DNA of 64,000 nucleotides from the NCBI GenBank assembly GCA_003248805.1, contig QFQY01000014.1:41000-104999 (forward strand), written 5' to 3'. Under the pieces are notes generated by a model that made no database searches, was not told where the DNA came from, and saw nothing but the letters and a program-made list of their open reading frames with translations. This DNA is from Chelatococcus sp. GTDB taxonomy: Bacteria; Pseudomonadota; Alphaproteobacteria; Rhizobiales; Beijerinckiaceae. Positions 20,044 through 27,361 of this stretch are shown here, one piece after another. How positions within the stretch are numbered: position 1 is the first letter of the stretch; the number at the start of each line of letters is the position of its first letter. Made by a program: the position numbers and the translations under genes.

Positions 20044-21228
20044 ATGAACCATCGAACGGCGGACGTCGTCGTGCTCGGCCTCGGTGCCATGGGCTCGGCC
20101 AGCCTGTTCCAGCTCGCCGCGCGGGGAGCGGATGTCCTCGGTGTCGACCAGTTCCGGCCGCCGCATGAGTTCGGCTCGAGCCATGGCGAGACGCGCGTCA
20201 CGCGCCTGGCGGTCGCCGAGGGGACGGCGCTGGCCCCGCTGGTGCGCCGCTCGCACGAGCTCTGGACGGAGCTGGAAGAGCTCAGCGGCGAGAGCCTGTT
20301 CGGGCGCGTCGGCTTCCTGGCCATATCGAGCGAGGGGCCGCGGCCGAGCCCGACCGATTTCGTCGAGCGCACACTCGCGGTCGCCCGCGCCAGCGACATC
20401 CACCACGAACTGATCGGCGCTAACGAAGCGCATCGGCGCTATCCGTGGCTGAACCTCTCCGAGAGCGACCGCGTCTATCACGAGCCGGATGGCGGATATC
20501 TCCATCCCGAGCGTTGTGTCGCCGCCCAGCTGCGGCTCGCCGAAGCGGCGGGGGCGCGCATCGCGCTCGGCACGCGTGTCGGCGAGATCGTGCCGCAACG
20601 CGATCATGTCGAGCTCCGGACCGATCGCGGCACGATCGTCGCTGGGCAGGTCGTGGTCAGCGCCGGGGCCTGGGCCGGGCGGCTGCTCGGTCCGGCCATC
20701 GCCGGCCTGCTCCGCCCGACGCGCGAGATCCTGCACTGGTATGGGCTCGATCCTGCCGCGCCAGCCGGTTGGGCCGAGGCGCCGGTCTATATCTGGTCCT
20801 ATGGGCCGCATCCGGAGGAGGGCTTCTATGGCTTCCCCGCGCTCGACGGAGCGGTGAAGCTCGCTCATGGCGAGAAGACGCGCGGGGTCGACCCCGACGG
20901 GTTCGACCGCTCGAGCCATGAAGGCGAATCGACGGCGTTCTACGCGCGTGCGGTCCAGGGGCGCCTGAAGGGGCTGCGGCCGGACCGGACGCGGCGCAAG
21001 ACCTGCCTCTATACCGTCTCGCCCGACAACGGCTTCATCATCGACCGCTGGCCGGAGAGCGAGCGCGTGCTCGTGGTTTCGCCCTGCTCGGGGCACGGTT
21101 TCAATCATTCGGCGGCGATCGGCGAAGCCGTCGCTCAGACGGTGTTCGACGGCGCGAGCCGCATCGATCTGTCGAGCTTCGGGCTGACCCGATTCCGCGA
21201 TCGCGCCGAACCCTCGAGAGCGGGATGA
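20044..21228 (+). CDS. solA: FAD-dependent amine oxidase of the monomeric sarcosine oxidase / N-methyltryptophan oxidase family
   Basis: DVVVLGLGAMGSA dinucleotide fold, HGETRVTRLA, the covalent-FAD cysteine context KTCLYTVSPD, and CSGHGFNHSAAIGE. The symbol denotes the family only. The substrate is unknown. Confidence 0.75.
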   Translation: MNHRTADVVVLGLGAMGSASLFQLAARGADVLGVDQFRPPHEFGSSHGETRVTRLAVAEGTALAPLVRRSHELWTELEELSGESLFGRVGFLAISSEGPRPSPTDFVERTLAVARASDIHHELIGANEAHRRYPWLNLSESDRVYHEPDGGYLHPERCVAAQLRLAEAAGARIALGTRVGEIVPQRDHVELRTDRGTIVAGQVVVSAGAWAGRLLGPAIAGLLRPTREILHWYGLDPAAPAGWAEAPVYIWSYGPHPEEGFYGFPALDGAVKLAHGEKTRGVDPDGFDRSSHEGESTAFYARAVQGRLKGLRPDRTRRKTCLYTVSPDNGFIIDRWPESERVLVVSPCSGHGFNHSAAIGEAVAQTVFDGASRIDLSSFGLTRFRDRAEPSRAG

Positions 21229-21273
21229 GGACGCCGTGTGATGCCCGGCGGTGGCGGAAGCCCCCGCGTCGGG

Positions 21274-22254
21274 TCACTCCACATAGGAGAGATAGCGCTC
21301 GCCGCTGTCAGGGAAGATCACCACGATGGTCTTGCCCGCGTTCTCCGGCCGGGCGGCCAGCGTCAGCGCGACATGCAGCGAAGCGCCCGACGACATGCCA
21401 GCGAGGATGCCTTCTTCTCGCGCGACGGCGCGAGCAGTGTCGAGCGCCGTCTCGGTGGTGACCTGCAATGCCTCGTCGATGAGGCCGAGGTCGAGATTGC
21501 CCGGCAGATGCAAGCGATCGACCTGCGTGACCTTGTGCACACCCTCGATGCCCGGAGCATAGGGTTGCTCCGGCGAGGGCAGCGATTCATCTGCCGGTTC
21601 GGAGATGACGACGCGCAGGCGCGGGTTCTTCTCCTTCAGGTACCGGCCGGTCCCGGAGACCGATCCGCCCGTTCCGACCGCGCTGACGAGGATGTCCACG
21701 TCGCCGCCGCTGTCGCGCCAAATCTCCGGCCCTGTGCCGGCGTAGTGGGCTTCCGGATTGGCCGGGTTGGCGCGCTGATCGGTGAAATAGGCGTCCGGAT
21801 TCTCGCTCACGATCCGCTCCAGGATCCTCTCGATCGCGTTCTCTTTGAGGAATTCCTGGTTGTCGATCAGCACCACCTCGGCGCCATAGAGCTTGAGCAG
21901 GTTGATCTTGTCCTTGCCGATCGTGCTGCGCAGGTAGAACTTGCTGCGATAGCCGCGCGCGGCGGCCACCGCCGCCAGGCCGATGCCGGTATTGCCGCTG
22001 GTGATGTCGACCAGCTTGCCGCCGCGCTTCAGCTTCCCGGCACGCTCCGCCGCCGTGATGATGCCGAGCGCCGCACGATCCTTGACGCTGCCGGCCGGGT
22101 TGAAGAACTCGACCTTCGCGAGGATGCGCGCGGCGAGTCCCCGATTGCGGACGATGTTGGCGAGTTCGACCAGAGGCGTCCCGCCGATCAGCGTCGTCAG
22201 ATCCGGGTGAATGTCGGACTGGGCCGACTTGTGAACTGTCGCAGCAGCGGTCAT
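21274..22254 (-). CDS. PLP-dependent cysteine synthase family protein (CysK/CysM-like)
   Basis: 326 aa. LIGGTPLVEL…KVEFFNPAGSVKDRAA (PLP lysine) …TSGNTGIGLA…GTGGSVSG. Confidence 0.85.
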   Translation of the reverse strand: MTAAATVHKSAQSDIHPDLTTLIGGTPLVELANIVRNRGLAARILAKVEFFNPAGSVKDRAALGIITAAERAGKLKRGGKLVDITSGNTGIGLAAVAAARGYRSKFYLRSTIGKDKINLLKLYGAEVVLIDNQEFLKENAIERILERIVSENPDAYFTDQRANPANPEAHYAGTGPEIWRDSGGDVDILVSAVGTGGSVSGTGRYLKEKNPRLRVVISEPADESLPSPEQPYAPGIEGVHKVTQVDRLHLPGNLDLGLIDEALQVTTETALDTARAVAREEGILAGMSSGASLHVALTLAARPENAGKTIVVIFPDSGERYLSYVE

Positions 22255-22338
22255 GAGGCCTCGCGAACGATCGGATATCGACGGTGGCGAGATGATAAGG
22301 TTAGCTCGATCGAGCTCAAATCTCGTTTTCGAATTTTA

Positions 22339-22355
22339 TTATCGGATATTTCGAT
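22339..22355. promoter_or_regulatory. Candidate LysR-type operator dyad in the divergent cysK-like/patB-like promoter region
   Basis: TTATCG-GATATTT-CGAT has the same half-site and 7-nt spacer as the dyad at 10981-10999. It lies in a 216-nt AT-richer intergenic region that also holds GATATCG-type cores at 22274-22280 and 22393-22399. Confidence 0.3.
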
Positions 22356-22470
22356 GGAGGGTCGCCTTCCTGTCGATGTCGAATTGTTTAAAGATATCGG
22401 CCGTGCCGAATGGAGAGATATTCGCTGAGATCGGCGCGAACTTTGGATTGTTTTTCTGCAGGTGTGCCGC

Positions 22471-23646
22471 ATGAGCCGTCGTGATGGAGCCAGGTCACGG
22501 GTGTACGACTTCGACACCGTTCACGAACGCCGTGAAACCGGCAGCACGAAATGGAGCCGCTATCCGGCCGACGTGCTGCCGCTCTGGATCGCCGATATGG
22601 ATTTCGCGGTCGCGCCCGAAATCCTCTCCGCGCTGAGGCTCCGGCTGGAGCACCCGGTGCTCGGCTATGCGGTGGCCAAAGCCGAACTTCGCGAGACGAT
22701 CGTCGAGGATCTCGTCGAGCGCTTCGACTGGCGGATCGCGCCGGACGACATCGTCTTTCTCCCCGGCGTCGAGCCCGGTTTCAACATGGCTCTCAAGGCG
22801 CGTCTCGCCCCCGGCGAGGCCGTGCTGGTGCAGACGCCGATGTACAGGCCGATCCTGGACGCGCCGCGGCATTGGGGCCTCGAACGGCTCGACGTTCCGC
22901 TCGTCCGCGGCCCGGAGGGCTACGAGCCGGATCGTGACGCGCTGGCCCGGGCGCTGCGGCGGTCGCGCGCCTTCCTGCTGTGCAATCCGCACAACCCGAC
23001 GGGACATGTCTATACGCGCGACGACCTCGCCTTCATCGCTGCGACCTGCGAGGCGAACGACACCCTGATCGTCTCCGACGAGATTCATTGCGATCTCGTC
23101 TTCGACGGCCGGCGGCACATCCCGATCGCAAGCCTCGCGCCCGAGGTGGCGCGGCGCACGATCACTCTGATGTCGGCGAGCAAGACCTACAATATTCCCG
23201 GTCTGAAGACGGCGTTCGCCGTCATCCAGGACCCGGCTCTGCGCGAGGCGTTCAACGGCGCGCGCAGCGGCATGGTCGACAGCGTCAACCTGATGGGGCT
23301 GGAGGCGACGCTGGCGGCTTATCGCGATGCGGGAGCCTGGCGTGTCGCCCTGATCGACTATCTGCAGGCGAACCGCGATGTCCTGGCCCGCGAACTCGCG
23401 CGGTTGCTGCCCGACATCGTCTATCACGCGCCGCAGGCTTCGTTCCTGGCCTGGCTCGATTGCCGCGCCCTCGATCTCGGACCCAGCCCGCAGCGCTTCT
23501 TTCTCGACGAGGCGAAGCTCGGACTCTATGCGGGCGAGGCTTTCGGCGCGGGTTACGAGGGCTTCGTGCGGCTGAATTTCGGTTGCACGCGCGCGACGCT
23601 TCTGACGGCCGTGGAACGGATGGCGGCAGCCGTCGCGCGGCGTTGA
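22471..23646 (+). CDS. MalY/PatB-family cystathionine beta-lyase (class I/II aminotransferase fold C-S lyase)
   Basis: FDTVHERRETGSTKWSRY…LPLWIADMDFAVAPEI…NPHNPTG…SASKTYNIPGLK (PLP lysine). The start could be ATG 22471 or GTG 22462. Confidence 0.85.
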   Translation: MSRRDGARSRVYDFDTVHERRETGSTKWSRYPADVLPLWIADMDFAVAPEILSALRLRLEHPVLGYAVAKAELRETIVEDLVERFDWRIAPDDIVFLPGVEPGFNMALKARLAPGEAVLVQTPMYRPILDAPRHWGLERLDVPLVRGPEGYEPDRDALARALRRSRAFLLCNPHNPTGHVYTRDDLAFIAATCEANDTLIVSDEIHCDLVFDGRRHIPIASLAPEVARRTITLMSASKTYNIPGLKTAFAVIQDPALREAFNGARSGMVDSVNLMGLEATLAAYRDAGAWRVALIDYLQANRDVLARELARLLPDIVYHAPQASFLAWLDCRALDLGPSPQRFFLDEAKLGLYAGEAFGAGYEGFVRLNFGCTRATLLTAVERMAAAVARR

Positions 23647-23657
23647 GGCGCCTCTCC

Positions 23658-24161
23658 TCAGCCCCATACCTGTTCGCTCGTCGTGACCTCGAGCTTCGAG
23701 CGCAGGCCGGCGAGCGCGATGCGATGGACGGTTTCGGTCGGGGCCGTGCAGAGGTCGCCGACGACCCGCACGCGAAAAGCGTCGGCGGCGCGCGACAATG
23801 CGGTGAAGACGACGCAGTTCTGGGTCATCATTCCGGCGATCAGGAGTTCCTCCGTTCCCGCCAGATGGTCGGCGAGATCGGTGTCCTGAAAAGCGTCGGC
23901 GGCATGTTTGGTCACGATGGGCGCGTCGCCGGCGGCCGCGAGAATCGCGGGGCTGATGGCGATGCCGGGCCCGTTCGAGGCGAAAAGGCCCGCCGCCTGG
24001 GTCGAGACATGGCGCACCAGCACGAGCCGGTCTCCGGATCCGCGCGCCCGCGCGATGGCGGAGACGATCCGCGCCTGCGTCTCTTCGACCTCCCAGAGCG
24101 GGAGCGTCCCGCCGGGGAAATAGTCGGCCTGGACATCGATGACGAGCAAGGTGCGGGACAT
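23658..24161 (-). CDS. Cysteine hydrolase / isochorismatase-family protein
   Basis: Starts MSRTLLVIDVQADYFPGG…, with later …KHAADAFQDTDL…LLIAGMMTQNCV (catalytic Cys context). Confidence 0.8.
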   Translation of the reverse strand: MSRTLLVIDVQADYFPGGTLPLWEVEETQARIVSAIARARGSGDRLVLVRHVSTQAAGLFASNGPGIAISPAILAAAGDAPIVTKHAADAFQDTDLADHLAGTEELLIAGMMTQNCVVFTALSRAADAFRVRVVGDLCTAPTETVHRIALAGLRSKLEVTTSEQVWG

Positions 24162-24257
24162 GGGGCGGGCTCCAACGAGGGGAATGTCCCGGACCATAAA
24201 TCGCTCGGCGGACCCGCTTCATTGGCCCGTTGGCCATTTTTCGGGTAGATCGGGCCA

Positions 24258-25193
24258 ATGCGTCTCGCAGTCCTCGCCTATGACGGGATCAGCCCCTTCA
24301 TGCTCTCGACGCCGCTGGCGGTCTTCGCGGAGCCCTTCGTGGCGGGCGGTCATGAGGTGACGGTCTATGCGGATTCGCCCCGGTTCGCCGCCGGTGGCGG
24401 CCTGACCATCGAAGCCGCGAGCCCTGTCGAGAAGGCGTCCGAGGCCGATGTCGTCATCCTGCCCGGCTGGCGCAGCGTCGACGAGCCGGTCTCCGACACG
24501 ATCCTGGCCGCGCTGAAGGCGGCGGACGCGCGTGGGGCCATTGTCGTCGGGCTGTGCCTCGGGGCGTTCGGGCTCGCCCAGGCGGGGCTGCTCTCGGGCC
24601 GGCGCGCGACGACGCATTGGGCGCGGGCCGAGACTCTGGCCGAGCGCTATCCCGACATCATGGTCGATGGCGGTGCGTTGTTCGTGGACGAAGGACGAAT
24701 CCTGACCTCGGCCGGCATTGCGGCAGGGCTCGATTGCTGCCTGCATCTGCTGGCCCGGCTGTCCGGGCTGGCGGAGGCCAATCGTGTCGCCCGGCATCTC
24801 GTGGTCGCGCCGCAGCGGGGAGGCGGGCAGCCGCAGCTGATCGAGCGGCCGGCCGCCGGCTCCTCGGCCGACCGGCGTGTCGCGGATCTTCTGGAGGGAT
24901 TGCGGGCCGCGCCCTGCGACGCGCCCTCGCTCGACATGCTCGCGCGGCAGGCCGGGATGAGCCGCCGCAGCCTGACCCGCCACATCCGCGCCCGGACCGG
25001 CGGCAGCCTGGGGGACTGGCTGCGGCGCCTGCGCCTCGCCCATGCGCAGGAGCTCATGATCGGCGGGATGCGCGGGCTCGATGGTGTCGCGGCGCGCAGC
25101 GGCTTCCCCGACGCGCAGGCGCTTCGCGCCGCGTTCCGCTCCGAGTTCGGTCTCACGCCGCGGCAGTGGCTCGCGCGCCAGAGGGTGGGCTGA
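24258..25193 (+). CDS. GlxA-family transcriptional regulator (DJ-1/PfpI domain with AraC-type HTH)
   Basis: MRLAVLAYDGISPFMLSTPLAVF…VVGLCLGAFGLAQAGLL… The C-terminal part reads LARQAGMSRRSLTRHIR…GFPDAQALRAAFRSEFGLTPRQW. Confidence 0.85.
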   Translation: MRLAVLAYDGISPFMLSTPLAVFAEPFVAGGHEVTVYADSPRFAAGGGLTIEAASPVEKASEADVVILPGWRSVDEPVSDTILAALKAADARGAIVVGLCLGAFGLAQAGLLSGRRATTHWARAETLAERYPDIMVDGGALFVDEGRILTSAGIAAGLDCCLHLLARLSGLAEANRVARHLVVAPQRGGGQPQLIERPAAGSSADRRVADLLEGLRAAPCDAPSLDMLARQAGMSRRSLTRHIRARTGGSLGDWLRRLRLAHAQELMIGGMRGLDGVAARSGFPDAQALRAAFRSEFGLTPRQWLARQRVG

Positions 25194-25515
25194 TGCGATC
25201 TGAGCGATCCGGTCCTTGCGATCGATGAGATCACTGGGGCAACATCGAAGAGTGGTTGGAGGCTGGCGGAAAGCTTTTGGAGCGTCGTGGAAACCGGTCG
25301 ACCACGGCACGGAGCGCTACGCAATCTTCGTCAGGGTCGCCGTTGCCACCGCGCAACCGGCCGGGCGCGGCGAATTTCCCAATGACCACAGGCCCATCAA
25401 TATCTCGTCGGGCGCGCCATTCCAGAAACCCTTGAGGTCACTCGGGTTTCGGCTTTGGAAAAACTCCTCGGAGGCCATCGGGAACCTCGGCTGGCACAGC
25501 TGTCGCAGGGTTCTC

Positions 25516-25640
25516 ATGGCTGCGATCCGCAAGAGGGGTTCCAGTTGGCACCCACAGGTGAGGCGCGAAGGTTCACCATCGGTGACCAAGAGCTTTCCCA
25601 CGAAGGCCGCTGCTGCCGCATGGGCTATGTGTTTGATCCC
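25516..25640 (+). pseudogene. Remnant of a tyrosine-recombinase (phage-type integrase) N-terminus
   Basis: MAAIRKRGSSWHPQVRREGSPSVTKSFPTKAAAAAWA matches the stereotyped N-terminus of alphaproteobacterial integrases (IRKRG.SW.AQVRR.G…K.F.TK.EAE.WA). Similarity ends after ~40 aa and no catalytic domain follows. Confidence 0.55.
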
Positions 25641-25759
25641 ATGGGTTGATGGAGCGATCCTTTCGACGGCATGGAGCGACGCGCTATGGGACAGGCGGGT
25701 CACGGGTGCGCCACGACCACGCACGCCGTCAGAGCTGCGAGACAGTGATCGCAAGCTTC

Positions 25760-25995
25760 GCTCGCGGAACTGAGCCGGCCTCTCGGCATCAACCCGAAGA
25801 CGATCGCGAAGGGCGGAAGCGATCGGCGACGGCGTGTGAACGGCCTTCGGCTCAGGCTGCGAACGACCCGTTCGCCTGGCCTGGTCCGTCTTCCGGCCGC
25901 CGAACTCATGGCGCCAGCGGTCGCAACGCACCGGCGCGATACCGGCCGGGCGGATCGCCCGGGCATGCCGCCAACGCCTCATGCAGGCGTCGGTC
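25760..25995 (+). mobile_element. Degenerate fragment of an IS481-type transposase N-terminal (HTH) region, frameshifted
   Basis: Pieces in different frames resemble the HTH region as I remember it: LGINPKTIAK(G)RKR in two frames, AAELMAPAVATHRRDT in one frame, and IP.GRIARACRQR in another. No intact ORF, DDE domain or terminal repeats were identified. Confidence 0.4.
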
Positions 25996-26159
25996 AGGTC
26001 GAGGTTGTTATGTTATAACAAAACATGGTAACGACCGCGTCATGTGCAGTCCTCCCTTGATCCCGGTCCTCCCGACGCGCCCCGCAAATCCTCCCGGCCT
26101 CGCTTCCGCCTCGCGGATGCAGGCGCATTTCGGGTCTTGTGCGTCGTCCGGGCGCGGAC

Positions 26160-26345
26160 CTATGATCGACAAGTCGGTTCCCGAGAGGGATCAAAAGGGA
26201 ATCCGGTATCCGTTCTTCGAACGGGAAACCGGAGCTGCCCCCGCAACTGTGAGCGGCGAGCGCCGTTCGTCTGGGCCACTGGGTTTTCCTGGGAAGGCCG
26301 GACGGCGCAAGGACCCGCGAGCCAGGAGACCTGCCGACGCAGGAT
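26160..26345 (+). promoter_or_regulatory. Cobalamin (AdoCbl) riboswitch
   Basis: Conserved core elements appear in order: GGTTCCC…AGGGA…AAAAGGGAATCCGGT…GCTGCCCCCGCAACTGTGAGCGG…GCCACTGG…GGGAAGGC, then the B12 box GAGCCAGGAGACCTGCC at 26318-26334. It sits ~170 nt upstream of the next ORF. Boundaries are approximate. Confidence 0.85.
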
Positions 26346-26513
26346 CGTACGTAGACCGGGCGGGGTGCACCGGCGGCGGATTTGGCGACGCGGGGCGCGG
26401 CGGCGAGGTTGATCGTCCGGCGCATGCCCCGTTGCGGCGAGTTCCCGACTGTTCCCCGGAGACTTGGGAGCAGTCGTCTTGAATCGTTGCCGTCATTCCA
26501 TCTCGACCGCGGA

Positions 26514-27356
26514 ATGTCCGTCGCGAGGGCGCTCATGAGCGCCCATGCGGAAGCCGACGACCTGCCGGCGCGGACCAATTACGACCTCAAGGAGGAAGTC
26601 CGCGCGTACTGGTCGCAGCGCTCGGAGACCTTCGACCTTTCTTACGGGCACAAGATCCGGTCCGACGCCGAGCTGGACGTCTGGAAGGCGCTGATCTCGT
26701 CCCACTGGCGGGCTCGCCCCGGCGACAGGGTCATCGAACTGGCTTCCGGCACCGGCGAGGTCACGCGCATCCTGCTGGCACTCGGCTGTTCGGTCGACGG
26801 CATCGACCTGTGCGAGCCGATGATCGCGCGGGCACGGGCCAAGCATGTCGGAGCCTCGGCGCGCTTCCTGCTCGGCGACGCCGAGAACACCATGATGCCG
26901 GACGACCATTACGATGCCGCCATCTGCCGGCATCTGGTCTGGACCCTGCCGGATCCGGCTCGCGCGCTGGCGGACTGGTGGCGCGTGCTCAGGCCGGGCG
27001 GCAGCCTCGTCGTGATCGACGGCGACTGGGTCAACAAGTCCTTCAAGGCCAGGCTGCTCGGGCGGCTTTCGCGCCTGGTCGACCGGATGTCCGGAGCATC
27101 GGTTCCCTGGGACCAGGCGGCGCATGAACGCATCATGCGCGGCGTCCACTTCCGGAAGGGGCTCAAGGCGCGCGACCTCGAAGCGATGCTCGCGCAGGCC
27201 GGCTTCACCGACATCCGCGTCGGAGCGCTGCACGGCATCAAGCGCCGGCAATTCGCCTCCGCCAGCTGGAGCGAGCGCCTGCGGCTGCTGGCGGCCTACG
27301 ACCAGACCTTCATCATCAGCGCCCGCAAGCCGGGCCGGAACGCCGCCGGAGAATAG
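26514..27356 (+). CDS. Class I SAM-dependent methyltransferase
   Basis: VIELASGTGEVTRILLALGCSVDGIDLCEPMI (motif I, GxGxG), …LRPGGSLVVID. The start is ATG 26514 or 26535. It is the first gene downstream of the riboswitch. Confidence 0.75.
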   Translation: MSVARALMSAHAEADDLPARTNYDLKEEVRAYWSQRSETFDLSYGHKIRSDAELDVWKALISSHWRARPGDRVIELASGTGEVTRILLALGCSVDGIDLCEPMIARARAKHVGASARFLLGDAENTMMPDDHYDAAICRHLVWTLPDPARALADWWRVLRPGGSLVVIDGDWVNKSFKARLLGRLSRLVDRMSGASVPWDQAAHERIMRGVHFRKGLKARDLEAMLAQAGFTDIRVGALHGIKRRQFASASWSERLRLLAAYDQTFIISARKPGRNAAGE

Positions 27357-27361
27357 CAGCC

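Noticed and set aside
18850-21108. 752-aa minus-strand ORF. Similar long antisense ORFs occur at 27296..29206, 11850..13406, 47605..49035, 35013..36209, 54752..55855, 22495..24258 and 61833..63128.
   Set aside because: Each lies opposite a motif-supported gene and has an arginine- and glycine-rich, domain-free translation. They are GC-content artefacts.
22255-22470. Possible SAM-II or other riboswitch upstream of the PatB-like gene.
   Set aside because: I could not find the conserved SAM-II core (AAAGCU with a pseudoknot partner) or any other riboswitch core. The region is better explained as a divergent promoter with protein operators.
25216-25773. 185-aa ORF treated as an intact gene.
   Set aside because: Only residues MAAIRKRG…AAAWA resemble an integrase. 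The remainder has poor coding bias and no catalytic domain. It is recorded as a pseudogene fragment instead.
26005-26021. AT-rich inverted repeat TTGTTAT-gtt-ATAACAA, considered as an IS terminal repeat or as the riboswitch promoter.
   Set aside because: There is no second copy in the window to pair as IS ends. The -35/-10 spacing does not give a convincing sigma-70 promoter. It is mentioned only within the mobile-scar finding.
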